Shown: positions 11,601-24,919 of the stretch, piece after piece
How the letters are laid out: every line of letters begins with the position of its first letter
How positions within the stretch are numbered: the stretch's first letter is position 1
Assembly: GCA_000934665.2 (NCBI GenBank)
Contig: JYFJ02001156.1
Span: 62,001-91,766, forward strand
Direction: 5' to 3'
From: Catajapyx aquilonaris
Lineage: Eukaryota
Length of the DNA stretch: 29,766 nt
Made by a program: the position numbers and the translations under genes
Notes under the pieces: model-generated
Told to the model about the DNA's origin: nothing
Seen by the model: only the letters and a program-made list of their open reading frames with translations
The model's database searches: none

Positions 11601-14600
11601 AATAAATTGTACCGCGTGTAATGAGCCGGCGGAAATTAACGAACCTTACTAATGAGGATGCGGATTAACCTTGTTTTAAGCAGCGACTTAATTACTCCTG
11701 CAATTTGGGCAACCAGGCAATATTTTGTGCGTGTCAATTTGCAACACATTCATATAGCTGTGCCAGCAATATTTCCAGACTCTTCCAGCTCCAGAATTTA
11801 GATGGAAAAACGTTATCCCTTGCGTTATCCCGTAGGCAAATAATGTCTGCCACCGATATTAGGTCCGTCCAATAATAAAACCCGGCTCTCTGTTACTGTA
11901 CAGCATCCTTCATATGTGCAGTGAAAACCGTGGCTGAGTGGGCAGAATCTCCCTCAGGCTGCGGCCAATTCTCCAGATGGACCTGAACGGGGGTCCTTTT
12001 GTTATCCGGATGCAGAGGAAGGCCATCCAGCACCATACAAATCGAAAAATGGCTTCAGGGGGGCTGTGCATAGTGGGGAAATAATATATAGGCTTCGATT
12101 CTGGTGAGTCAGCAAAATTGTGATGTCATTTTGGCAAGGACGAGGACACAACAGGACCAAAATGACACCTCCACTGTGTGGATTTTTTTTTTTCCCACGC
12201 GATCCGCCCATCAGCTGCGAGCAATAATAATAAAACGGAGTCTGTCTGTCTGGACCGGACATGACAGGTGACATTGGTTGCTCATCCTGAAAAAAAGAGC
12301 CATCTTTTCCGCGCTCTACTTAACCTCAAATCCTGGATTCAGGACCATATAATACTTAAAACGGGGTTTTTTTTTTGCAAATGACTGGGAAAATGTGCGG
12401 ATGACCAAACGGAGCTTTTACTAAGGGTCAACATATTCATTTGAGAGACTAGTTCCAAACCATAGCTGGACCGTACCCGAACAAAGATGTGTCATGTAGT
12501 TAATACTGGAGCCTGAAAACGAAAGTATTGTTGGACTCAGTTGAGAGGATCAATCAAGACCCTTTTCATTATTATCCCAGCCATCTGCGATTATGGTAGG
12601 TACTGAAAAGCAGGCGAAATTAATCCAATCCGCATTTTGGGTAGGGGACCAACCCTGCATGACTTTGTGCAGGGTTCCCCCAAAATGGGTGGACCACATG
12701 GGACAATAAAGATAGAAAAAGGGGGGGAGAGGATTTTATGTGTCTGGGTGAGGGCGGAGGTTATTCTCTCGGAGGGTTTGCCCCAGACTCGCTGCTTTTC
12801 AACTTCAGTCATCATGTTTGACACTAGGGAGAGTTGGGAGGGATGTGTGATGATTATGCTCACGTTTATGGACTTTACAACCAGCTACACGTCGACTCTA
12901 ATTGGACTCAAGTGTGACGCAAACTGATGGCCAATATTATACGCACTCTGATGAGGGCGCGAAATCTCGAGTGCTGGCTGCGAATGTGGACAAGTACAGT
13001 ACTTCACTGACCTCGTTGCGCATTGCGAAATAAGTGTACAGAACACGATTCGATTACTTTTATATAATATTAAACGTGTGATCAACATTTGATGGTACAA
13101 TATTTAAATAATAATAAACGACACATTATTTACTTGCGGTATTATAGGTGCACGATGTTCTGTGATGTTGCAAAATTGCAGTGGATGTCGGTGTGCAATA
13201 TTCTTGTTTTATGCGATTCGATATTTTTCGAATCGATTTACGATAGAAGTCTTGATGCTGCAGCTTACTTGACAGGTAATATTGGCACACCTGTTGGTTC
13301 CATAATACAAAATCAGCAAGTCCGTCGTAAGGGGTTCCAAATTGTAATCAAAAATGTATATTATTTTTTATGAATATATAAATGTTTATTAATTTATCTC
13401 TATCCTCACATTACAATTTGCATATGATTTATGTGAATATTCTGTCGGCGCTCCTGCCAAGCACATCAGCTGTGGTGTAATATATTTCGCTCTATAAATT
13501 CGTGTCTCGTATACCGTATAGTATACCCATTTCAGCGCGCAAAATCTGTACATGCAAACTCCATCAGCACAATTCGCAATCAAATCAGCGCTTTTCCCCC
13601 GACTGATAATCCGCTAAAAAAAATCGCCCACTTGTAAACTTCTGAAAAGGCCTCTTGAAGCACTTTGCACGTTTCATAAGAGCTTTACAAGTAACGGAGC
13701 TAAATATGTGTTTTATGTCAGTGTGTTGCTGACGCAGCTGTTGTTGGATGACGCAGGAAAACAAAACTGCGTGGCCCGAAAATTATGGCTCGTAACCCTT
13801 CCCAAAATTGCAACAATAGTCTGATGTTATTGCGGCGGCAACTACTAACTGCGTGGGTATTCCCCTTACAATAAAAAAAGCATGTGTCATCTTCACTTAT
13901 GCTCGGATTATGTGTGGGGGTAAAATAGAAGGAAGCCAAGGTCGAGAGTCTATTGGTATATTGCTTTAGGCCTTGATGTCTATACTTGACTCAAGTGCAG
14001 TATTGGGGAAACAGTGTCAGGGGCTCGATTTGCTTAATTATTAATGAGGGAATTTGACATGTGTGCACGCAGACCTACCCAAGTTCCGGGTATGTTTCTG
14101 AACAGTCGTAAAACAGTGAACTACAAGGTGGCACATAATTTGACTGTGGCCCATACAGAATCGATCTTTTAAAAAATGTTATTGATGCGTCATATTCGAA
14201 TTGTGGAGAGACGTTCTGTACCACCCTGTACATTTCGAAGGCTGACTTACTCTGCCCTTTTGATCAGTGTAACTAGCTGATTATATTGGGCAGGCTATGA
14301 GCTCACTCCAACCACGTAATGTGACATGAGAGAAAAACGAGCTTCCAGAACATTGGACTGTACAAACTGCGCACTTCTCTCCCCTGCCTCGTACAGTTCA
14401 GCACGCGAATTAACAGCAAAAGACAGATATCCAGGGAGCATGTATCTCGCAAAAAAAAAAGGGTTTTAGTGGGTGGGTTTTAGCCTCTCCTCTTGTGATC
14501 CAGCCAGTCTGCATTGGGTCTTCGAAATCAATAGGGAGCTGGGTTGGTTGCCTGGTGCGCAGGATCACAGTTAAATGGCGCCAACTTTTGTGGCGCTTGG

Positions 14601-17600
14601 TTAATCATTATAGGGAGCACGATAGGGCAGTTAATTAGGAGCTAGTCAGGCGTTAACTAATCTGCAACCATGTGGTGTGCGAATAATTCGAGTTAGAAGA
14701 CTTTCAACTATGAGCTATTTTCCTATGCTGTGTCTCTCTCTTTCCCTTTTATTTCAGTCCTACCCACCGTTGGCAGACACGCCAAAAAGCAAAAAGGACA
14801 ACAAACTTGCGAAACTGGGAGTCTCTCCAAGTATGACAAGGAAGAAGTCACTTCTCTCTATTGCCACACGCTCTCTATGTTCCCTGGGCCATCTTCCCAG
14901 ACCCGGAATAAAAATAATATCGGGTCTTAAACCCTTTCCAGCATCTTAAAAAAAAAATTGGCCAATTTTGGACTGTGTCGGATATAAAATTAGGCACACT
15001 CCAAAAGGCGGGGATTATTAACTTCAGCGTCAGAAAGTGCCGGAAGCAAGAGTAATTGCTGCCAAGTGAAGGGACGAGGTCTGCTGTTGACCATACCAAA
15101 AAAGTGTCTGGTGAAACAATCGATCTGTAATCCCAATGGAAACTGCTTGTGTCTGGCACTGCCAACCATTCTTATTTTGTGTTTTTTTTGTTTTAGAAGA
15201 AGAAAAAAATATCGAGTGAAGAATGGTGCCAGGAGCCCTTTCAATTATTTTGCACAACTCACGCGGGAGTTGATTATTTTGCCTAGTTGAACAATAAGCG
15301 GATTGTTGGTAAACAACTTGCTAAAATACTACCAACTTAAAGAGAAGCTACAACCAGCGAAATCTGTTGTGCAGAGAAAACAATCAGTCTTAATATTTCC
15401 TCTTGGTAATAACTTGCAAGGTCATTTTCTCCTATGCTTCCTGCAATACGTGGTTGAGTAATGTTCACAGCAATTATCCGCGAATTTCTGAAATTGTTGG
15501 CCGTAAAAACCAATCAATTCGTCTTATGTCGTGATTGGTTTGGTCCTAACGGATCAGAAATTACGATAGGACAGGAATATTCATGCCGTGTCAGCTTGTG
15601 GGTTGCTCTTGACAATGGCGTTTTTATACACACATAATATTATAATCTCACGTGACAACACGCACGCACAAAAGCGATCGACCATTACACGGATCCGGTT
15701 ACGACATCATGGGCTATACCCCCCACCAAATATAGACACGGAACCTCACACTTATCTACTTTACACCTCCGGACGCAATAAAATGCACGCTGACCTTTTA
15801 CCTTGTCAGTCATAGATAAGGAGCCAGCTGTTGGTCACTTTTGCACCACACATAAAAATAGAGTTGACAAAACACACATTGTTACAGCAACATGCTTTTT
15901 GTTGCTGCAGGGTCAACAGTTTGGTCACACTGCTACACTTTTTCAGCAACACTGCACACAAACCAGGTTAGATTCCACCTGAGGCCGGTTAGATAACTTC
16001 GGGTTATCTCCATGGCAGAAAGGTCGAGGCATTGCAGAAGTGACCTTGGAGTTCACTGTGCATGTGTTTTTGTTGTGACGTCGTTTGAAAACGTGACGAT
16101 GCATTATACTGCCCACCAGTGCCGGGACACAGATTCGAGTTTAGTCCAATCAACCTTGTTCGGTTATCACCAATCCATTGCCTCTTGCTGGCCAATCATG
16201 ATGGGGGAACTGGTTGTATATAAACCAGATAGGGATTTACTATGTGCTGTGCATTCAACCGTTCAGAACAGAGGATTTGGTCCAAGTCACTGTTTTCAGG
16301 ATGTGGTTTGGACAAAATGTAACTAATGGTGCATTCACACAGACACTTTTGTATAGCGTCGAAATTGAGCGAAAAACTGACCGCGTTGCGAAAATTACCG
16401 TCACAAAATACTGGGAGTGATTTTAGCTGCGATAAATAATAAACAGACAGTGATTATTCCCTATATAAAATTACATTACTTTTGAATCATTCTTGGACTG
16501 CCAAAAAATTGAATTATAAAAAAAGCAAGTATGCCTACTTTTAAGTGGGGTAAATCGTATTGTATTCTGCTGCGTGTATGGTTGCCTGACTTACAGGATA
16601 ACTGTCGTGACCACTTTTCCGAAAGAGATCATCGAACTGACCCCCTCAGGGCTCGGATGTGACTCAAAGGTCAAGCTGGCTCCAGAGGGGGGAAAAAAGC
16701 TGGGAGAAAAAAAAATTCGCACTTTGCATATCCCCAGGGCAATATTGCGTGAGCTGCACTTCCAAGTCACTGCAAGCGATTTTTTTAGTTCGCGAAATTT
16801 TTTGCATGTTATGCACAGCTTGGGTGTTAAAATTTGCATAAAGTTGCAGAAATTTGACCCCGCGGTTATATTAGGTGTGGGACATGGTCATGAATACACA
16901 TGTTCACACTGCTCAAGCCCACAGCTCAAGAGGACTAATAAATTGTCAATAATATTAATCAATGAACTTTGTTGATTGTTCACTCTGCAACAATTAAAAA
17001 CAGAAGCGTGTCATAATAATTTTGTTGCTTCTTTTTCAGCAGGGTTTGCTGCTGGGGTGAGTAATTCCTTCACCTTTTCTCTCCATTTGAACTTATGGAC
17101 ATTAGGGCAATGCACCAACCTGCATAAATGTTTAACTACAGTACATTTTTGAGGCGGAGAGTTCAGGTGAAAGTCCTTACCCTTTTTTTTTTGCTCTTTC
17201 TGAGCTCCAATGCGCATAACAGGTGGAGGAGTAATTTTGTGCAATTTTGCTCACGGGACGTAACATTTTTGCGAGTGGTGTGAGAACACTGGGAGCCCTC
17301 AGTTTTGCCCATGCGAATAGTGGGAACCTGATAGTAGTTTTTCTGCAAACTATGAGTCTGCAGACGACTGGCAAACCACGCTTGGTCCTGAGAGAGAGAC
17401 TCTTTGCGCTAATTGGGTGGCGAAAATTAATCTGATGAGATAAAGCGTGTCAGGGGCCGCGCATGAAACGACTTGTTTTTCTGTCATGCCTGCGAATCTA
17501 CCTGGTTTATATTCTTTAAAAAAATTTATTTCTCAACCGACCGCTGGGTTCACATTTTGTGTTAGTAATGCTGTGAACATAATTTATTTTTAATCACAGG

Positions 17601-18911
17601 GTAAACAGTGTGGGCTGCTGTGCAATTTCGTGGTACCGTTCAGTGAAATTGAATAGTACAGCATTTGATACAAGTAAAACAAACCGAATTCAGCAGATAC
17701 CATTAAAAATTAACGAGCAACTCCAGATTTATTTTTCACCATGCAAACTTTGACATTTTGTAATATTAATTTTTTCTGCTCTGAAAGGTCAATGTCGGCT
17801 GAATTCTGCGTCCGGTGCATGGTCCGTGATAAACAACCAATGCACAGCTTCATATAATGTAATTTCTAACCGCCAATTCAATCCTGAAGACACTCTTCCA
17901 ATAATAAACTCGATTAGTACTCATTTTCCCCACAGGCCACCAAGTAAAGGTTACACACGGTCTGGATTCGACCTTCATTAACTATACCGTAACTATTAAC
18001 AACCTTGCTTCGTGATACCAGCACATTAGGACTGAAAAAAAGAGTGTACCGGTCCTACGATGAACTGTTGAACAATCGAGGGACAATTTAAGGGCAGTTT
18101 ATGTCATCAAGAAGGTTCACTCATGCCCGGGCAATTGGAAAATGTGGCCAGAAAAGTTAGGTAGGCCCTACTCATTGTTATCAACCATTTTTTCTGGCTG
18201 TTTTCTGAAATATTTCAAGAGTATGTAGGCTACTGTACATTGTTGACAGCAATTGACAGCAAACAGAATCGTTGTCATATTTTGCTCAAATTTTGAACAA
18301 CATCTGTTGTACTTATACAATATACCACATCATCAGCCACAGTTTTTCTATCTTCCTGAAAATATTGCTTTTAAAAAATACGTCTGCTTTTGCATTTCAC
18401 CTCCTCAACTTTTCTGCCCTTTATTCAGCCGGAAACAAGTTTAGGACAAACGCATCCTGGCGCTATACCAACAATCAAGGTGAAGGTTAGGGAAAATGAT
18501 GCCTTCACCTTGATAGTTTTGTTGGTCGAAACAATTTTTTTGGCACATTTATTATGATCAGGAGCATGTTTCTCACACAGTACATTTTAAAGGAAATGAC
18601 ACCGGGGGGGGGGCCAATAAACCCAGCGAGAATTAAAAATCCGGTATCGGTCGTACGATATATACATACGTGGGTTGTGGGATCCTGCATCTAACAGGCT
18701 ACATCCTCTGATGCTTGACCAGCGTAATCATCCGTTCACTAGTGTAACATACCCGCGCACAGTCCACTGAACCCGCGCAACCGAGAGTCATCCTCCAGCA
18801 CCACCTGACCAATCACTTATTCCGGTCTCCTCTTCTGCTTTTCTCTGGCACATCCTGTGGCCACGACCATCTCCTCTGATTGCAAGTAACGGACTCAACC
18901 AGGCCAGGAAG

Positions 18912-19020
18912 CCCCTCTTTTTCTCTCCCTCCTCCTCACCACCACCTTCCAACTACCTTCCAACTTCTTTCCAACCCTCTCTTACACCTTTTTGTTCATG
19001 ATCCTTTTCTTCTTTTTTAT
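18912..19020. repeat. Pyrimidine-rich low-complexity tract with a 3 x 11-bp tandem repeat
   Basis: ACCTTCCAACT ACCTTCCAACT TCTTTCCAACC at 18944-18976 within a C/T-rich stretch. Confidence 0.7.
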
Positions 19021-19305
19021 CCACATGTGCCAGTGTGTGTGGGCCAATTCATCCAAATGGTTCAGGTGCACTGAAGAACACGGAAGAACCAGAAAGTACC
19101 AATGCTGATGACATCAAATTCTCTGTGTGTTGAGCCGTCTTTACTAATCTTTGGGAATTTAACTTTTCTACTGTAGTTCCTTCTCCCACCCACCAGAGGC
19201 GCTGTCTCCCCCATTGCACAGGCGCAGAACGGGGGCCAATCAGAAGCCCCTGTCATACTACGAAGGATTTTAATATTAACGTATAGACTATAGATCCAGC
19301 TATAG

Positions 19306-19595
19306 ATGGATTTTTCTAAACCAGCGCAACCGAGTGCGCACCCCACACTCGCGCAGCTACATTGTTCCGTCAACAATGTTGTCAGAGTTATTCCCCAGGA
19401 TCCAAAAATTATTCACACCTCTGAGGTACGTCCCAGAGCCTTGGCAACGCCGCAAACGTCGGCCAGGCTTAACGTTGTAAATAAGTGCATCGATTCACTA
19501 TACAGAGAGAGATTACGAGATATCATTGATAATGCCAACCGTGCATGCTGCGCGAACTGTGTTGCGCATTCGGTTGCGCTCGTAATAAAATTCAT
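19306..19595. mobile_element. MITE-like element (~290 bp) with ~50 bp imperfect terminal inverted repeats
   Basis: The left end ATGGATTTTTCTAAACCAGCGCAACCGAGTGCGCACCCCACACTCGCGCAGC matches the reverse complement of the right end, ATGAATTTTATTACGAGCGCAACCGAATGCGCAACACAGTTCGCGCAGC. The core 18-mer (19323-19340 vs 19563-19580) has one mismatch. No recognisable coding content. Confidence 0.75.
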
Positions 19596-20850
19596 TCGGA
19601 CGCGTCAGCCAGAGTAATTATTCATGTTCTCTGAATCATTACAAACCATCTTTCTATCACAAAAATAATGCAATGGAAATCCTGCAATGAACTGAATTTT
19701 AACCAATATATTTGCACAGCTCCTTCACAACACCCTAGTCATGTTTCGCAAAAACAAAGTTTTTCTCATTCGAAACGGTAAGTTAACTTTGCAAGTGCAT
19801 CATTTGCACTGTTGCCTTTGAAAATCGGTATGTACTTATCCGTTGCCTCCAACCGTGTATTATTATTCTTCTCTCTACTACAGTACTTATTACAATGGGG
19901 TTGGAAAGTTGCAAAGCACACTCTTGCTTTAAGCAACCAAAAAAAAAGAAGTTAAGGCCTAATTAGCACAGAAAATCCTAATCTATACACTTGGAGGCAC
20001 TTTGCTCGGCTGAGTTCCGTGGAAATGGCGCAGTGCTGCTGCTGGATCTGTATTTGTAAAAAAAGAAGTAGCGAAAAAATCGGTGAAGGTTCGTTACCAC
20101 GGAAACCACCACTTATTGTGCTGTACCACTTCACATACGGAAAAAAATGAGTTAGGGAATGATTGCAGATTATAAAATTGCAGCACTGATCCTGATTGGT
20201 GATTAGCGCACTTGTCACCATTGTGTGGCAATGAATGGTGCGAAATGGTAATAAGTGTACTGAAGGGACAAAAGTGTAGTTGATGATTCCAGAAAATAAT
20301 TTGCTGTTATTGTACAGGGTTGAATTACTTTATGACGTATATAGCTCAAGTCCGCAAATGATATGCCAATAAATTATCTCTTGGCTCACTCCAATTTTGC
20401 ACAGAGTAACATCGTTTTTTTTTGAGATAATTGGCGTCAAATTTGCAGAATATCCTGAAGAGCGACCTTGCCATTTTCAACTTTGCATCTTCATTACATG
20501 CGAAAGACATTGGCAAAGTTGTACACTTTCTCCATAAAAATTAGCATAACACTGATCAATGATAATAACCTCAGTAATGGCGACACCTCCAAATTTTTTT
20601 AAAAAAATGGTGCCATTGTGCCCGGATCTTCGTGGGAGTCATTACTAGACACACGGTGTCTTGGCCTCCAAAATTATTCGTCCGTGAAGTTATGGCCCCG
20701 AAAGGATCATCAGGGATCATTGTCGTTTTTCGCAAAAGCGAGGGGAATGGGAAAAAGTTTCGGCCGGTTTGTTTTCGCAAAGACAGACAAAAAAAAATCC
20801 GGCACCGTCACGTCTCCATCCATCACTGCACAAAAGTTCATTCCTTTTTT

Positions 20851-20881
20851 TGTGTGTGTGTGTGTGTGTACAGTGTGTGTG
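20851..20881. repeat. (TG)n microsatellite
   Basis: (TG)9 at 20851-20868 followed by an interrupted extension. Confidence 0.9.
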
Positions 20882-22227
20882 AAAACTGTATAATAACAAC
20901 GGGAGCTCGCATTTTATTGGGTGATTTTTGTTGTATAGTGCTGCAGTGTTTTTTTTTTTGAAACTCAGACTTTTGAACTTTGCTCCGAATTGGCTTTCTC
21001 TGGGGTTGATTGCCATCCAAAGCCTTTCACTGTGCAGTCTCTAGAGAGGGTTGACCTTTGGACGCTGGATTTCTCTTTTTTTTAAAAAAATAATATCCTA
21101 TAAATCAAGAGCAGTGAATTACGCCCAGATTTTTATCGACTGTTTCTTCTGATTCCAAATATCTGATAAATCCCCGTTACACCATTCCAACACTTCGAGT
21201 AGAAGGCCTCAACTCTATTAAATGCTACGGTTTTTGTCCCTACTGTACAGTACAGTGTCTGTAAAGGATGCCACTCATTACAAAAATAATTATACAAATC
21301 AACTCCTTGTCAAACCAATTTTAATTTAATCATAGGATCAGAAACCCTGACATTTCGTTCTCTCGGGATCAGCAGTAATCTATCTGATCAAGGCGAATAT
21401 TTTTGCGATTCTTGACAGGTCTGCATGCAATTTGTAGATAAATCTCTCATCATCATCATTTCCATCCGCCCATGAAAAGTTGGAATTGACACCATTAGAG
21501 GCAAAGATTTTCACTGTTTCAAGCCAAATTTTTTTTTAAAGGAAGTTGCATGGACCCCCCCTCTTTCTGAGGGAGGTTTGATCAATCATTGATCTGTTAG
21601 CAAAAGAGGGGGGGAAGCCCAGAGGGGGAACCACCCTTCATCAGATTTATGGGGAGTGAAGGAGGGGGGGAAAAAGAGGGGAGAAGGGATACACATTTGC
21701 ATGAAAATGAGCAGTATTTGACAGGACTTTTTTGTGGCTGTTGAGCTGCCTTTTATGACCTCTGCGTGATGACCCATGTCCACTGAGAATTACCAACACC
21801 CACACTTTGGAGAGATGAATGAATACCAGGTTTCTTCCCCCACCAACCAGCACCAACCTTTTATATAGCTATGAAAAAACGCCCATTACAGGTATTAGCA
21901 TTTGGATATTTAAAAAGGTTCAAGAAACAGCAGGGTGTTTCATAATGATACATAGAAAAGGGTATACCAATGCTTTTCTGATGAAATGTATATGCACACA
22001 TTATTTTATCATTTTACAACTCACGCGACATGAAGTGCGAGAGTGCAAATTACATCACGCTACGTCATAAAAATATTCGTTCCCCCCTTCAACTTCCTGT
22101 ATATTACAGCCTGATGTAAATTTCTGCAGAAGGGAATGTCAGAGGATGGAGGGGGGGAGTTTGGACGAAGCCACAAACACGGCACATTTTAATAGCATCC
22201 TATATTGACCCCATATATTATCTGGCT

Positions 22228-22243
22228 GGGGGGGGGGGGGGGG
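22228..22243. repeat. Poly-G run (16 G), with an N at 22244
   Basis: Read directly from the sequence. Confidence 0.9.
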
Positions 22244-22499
22244 NGAGGAGGGAGAGTGTTTAGGAGGACAATGTTCATAAGCTTGCAAACCATTAAGCTG
22301 CAGAATGAGTGTCATTATGAACATGCTAGGGGAATTCTTGTGCTGTGCGTCTGACATAGTTGTACATAATGTAAAGTGAATGAAATAGGTTCCAAAATTT
22401 TCCCTACAGACAACACCAACATTGCTTTTCTTTACATTGAATATTTGAAACATTTAATAGACAAGTTGCATGGGAGGGTCCAGGCTGAGTGTTGTTGGC

Positions 22500-22835
22500 A
22501 TCAAGAATGATTCCAATTCCACCTTCGAAAGTGGCTCACTATGGCTGTCCAGTAACCAGTCAACATTTTCTGGGTCAATATTTGTCTATCTCAACATCTT
22601 TAGCCTCTTCTGAAACTGACTCAAACCCTACAAATCACTGCTTCAGGCCGCAATTTACTCCAGACTCCATTCGTGGCCTTCAGGATGTTATATGACTTTT
22701 GTCACAGTTATGTCAGACTGGACAGGCTCAATAATTCCTTTGAAAGTCCTACGCAAATTACTTTTATATGCCGTAAAGGTCGCAATTACGTCCTGGTCCA
22801 TAAAGTGCAAAATTTAAGTTGGTTTGCAGGCACAT
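22500..22835 (-). mobile_element. Degenerate pogo/Tigger-family (DDE_1) transposase fragment
   Basis: Minus-strand translation across frameshifts gives VPAN..ILHFMDQDVIATFTAYKSNLRRTFKGII / KSYNILKATNGVWSKLRPEAV / FVGFESVSEE / NIDPENVDWLLDSHSEPLSKVELE. This is collinear with the recalled Tigger/TIGD motifs [44 protein letters not shown], DFxGF and VEELLESHxxELTNEEL. Confidence 0.8.
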
Positions 22836-23339
22836 GCTGTAGTACACACAGCAGAGTGCAGCTATATAGACTCGGCTACAATGCACCACAAATAAGCAAT
22901 AGAAGACCCTATAAAAAATATACCATTGCGTGTTTGGATTAAGAATTGTTGCAGCGTGTATGTCCATATTGGTTATTTTCAAAGCAAAAATGTTATGATA
23001 ATTTTTTTTTGCGATAATTCTGTTGAGGAACTTTTCGTACGTACTTGGCGAGAGATTTACTGGCAATTGACATAAGGTGGTCCAAAAAAATGCAGTTCCA
23101 TAATTGAAGCAACAGCTGTCTCGAGCCCAAAACATCATGTCAAATTGTTTGGGAGGAATGTGAGCACATACAAAACGATGTCGAAAGTTTCAGCTGAATG
23201 CATCCTGAACCATCAGCACCACAACCCTCTTTTTGAGCAAGTCGTGATTGGTGCATCAGATTTCCATACATGTTGCATGTCATCTGATGATAAAATTTCA
23301 ACATAACAACTCGCACTACATCTCATGTTTAAAGCAAAT

Positions 23340-23345
23340 TTTATT
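23340..23345 (-). terminator. Candidate polyadenylation signal (AATAAA) for sqh
   Basis: TTTATT on the + strand, ~235 nt downstream of the sqh stop, following an AT-rich 3' UTR. Confidence 0.5.
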
Positions 23346-23579
23346 GTCTTGTAAAGGAAGAAAAAACAAATAAACTTGAACAAATCTGTATGCGCTATGA
23401 CAAAATAATATGTGAACTTGATTCATACAAAGATATAATTATAAAAATTTGGAATTGATTTCTTTTCTTTTTTTTCCAGTCGTAAATACTGTCGTTCCAC
23501 ATAATCCCTGTTAGTTTGCTTCCTCTTTCAAGGCGGAATGCGAAGAGAGGTCTCGATGACACCACAAATAATTACAGAT

Positions 23580-24520
23580 CTACTGCTCGTCCTTATCCTT
23601 CGCGCCATGCTTCAGGATGCGGGTGAATTCGATGTAGTCGAACATCCCGTTTTTGATGGGTGCTTCACGATACATTTCATCCACCTGTAACATAAAAAGA
23701 TATTAATTTGCAGCTCTAAAAAACATTCAGCGATGATAACAGTGTATTTTCACATGTGACTCGATCCATTGCTGTGATGTCACCATTCTTCAATTTTTGA
23801 GAAATGTATCTGCACATGATCCGTGCCTTTGGTAAGATTTTTAGAATGAAGGAGTTGCCTGGTTTTTATGTCAATGTTCCTTCGTTTCGTGTAATAGCAA
23901 ATAATGCAAGTTTCAGAGATGACACACTAAAAATGTACATTCACAAGGTAGCATTTTTAGCAAACAATGATGATTCATATCTCCCTGACCAGGCGAGGAC
24001 GACTGGAACTTACATCCTCATCGGTGAACCTGTCACCCATGGTCGTGAGGAGCTCCCTGAGCTTCTCTTCATTGAGGATACCGTTGTTGTCTTCGTCGAA
24101 ACAGCCAAACGCATTCTTGATGACATCCTCAGGGTCCGTTCCTTGAAGCCTCTCACCAAACAGGGTAAGGAACATGGTGAAGTTGAGAGGTCCAGGCGCC
24201 TCCGTCATCATCCCCTCGAGGTAATCATCAGTCGGGTTCTTCCCTGCAATGCAACGTCGAAGTTAATCAACAATTCTCAATCGTACCATCGACATGTCAA
24301 AGTCGACTTAATTGAAGTGTGACAATTAACCTAGTGACGCAAGCATATCTTGCAGGTCGTCCTTGTCGATAAATCCATCCCGGTTCTGGTCGATCATGTT
24401 GAAAGCTTCCTTGAACTCCTGGATCTGCGCCTGGTCGAACATTGCAAACACATTGGAAGTGGCTCGCTGTGCACGCTTCTTGGTCGTCCCACGACGACCA
24501 GCGGTTTTACGTGAAGACAT
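23580..24520 (-). CDS. sqh: Non-muscle myosin II regulatory light chain (spaghetti squash / MYL9-MYL12 family), 174 aa; coding exons complement(join(23580..23684,24014..24243,24331..24520))
   Basis: Three exons (190+230+105 = 525 nt) joined at GT..AG introns give [174 protein letters not shown]. It contains the RATSNVF MLCK/ROCK phosphorylation motif and the EF-hand loop [12 protein letters not shown]. By recollection it is nearly identical to Drosophila Sqh. Confidence 0.97.
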
Positions 24521-24799
24521 CTGGAAGTACATAACCATTAAACGGCTGATAATGTCAGGTCATTTACAGGTCACCAGTTGGTTTAACGTTGTGATGCTAA
24601 GTACTCATACAACCTTGGTTATTTTCTAATGTAAAGTACAACCTGGTTTTTTTCGCCTGGTGTCGTCTCCGTGTACGTGTAATGACAGTGCGTCTCTGCA
24701 CCTTTTTGCAAAAACTGTGTGGCTCAAAAGTGAAGAGAGGAGAAAACTAGGCCTACTGGTGTTGCAAACTAGGCCACACGTCGCCTCTACTCAGCATTG

Positions 24800-24809
24800 C
24801 CTTTTATGG
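24800..24809. promoter_or_regulatory. CArG box (SRF consensus CC(A/T)6GG) in predicted sqh intron 1
   Basis: Exact match CCTTTTATGG; function inferred. Confidence 0.4.
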
Positions 24810-24919
24810 TCAACCTTTGGATGATTCATTCACCCCTTACCACACCTGTTTCCAAATGCCGTTTTCTACCCAGGGTTTAACCCTCATACCTAGGTTACCC
24901 GGGGACGCGTACTACTCAC

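Noticed and set aside
11775..11792. CCAGACTCTTCCAGCTC resembling miR-750
   Set aside because: Lacks the internal bases needed for the seed, and I saw no complementary arm.
14591..14605. Pol III A-box-like TGGCGCTTGG (and a lone B-box-like GGTTCGACACC at ~11572)
   Set aside because: No properly spaced partner box and no cloverleaf, so no tRNA or SINE is supported.
23804..24322. 172-aa plus-strand ORF
   Set aside because: Antisense shadow of the sqh middle coding exon plus intron; no independent protein features.
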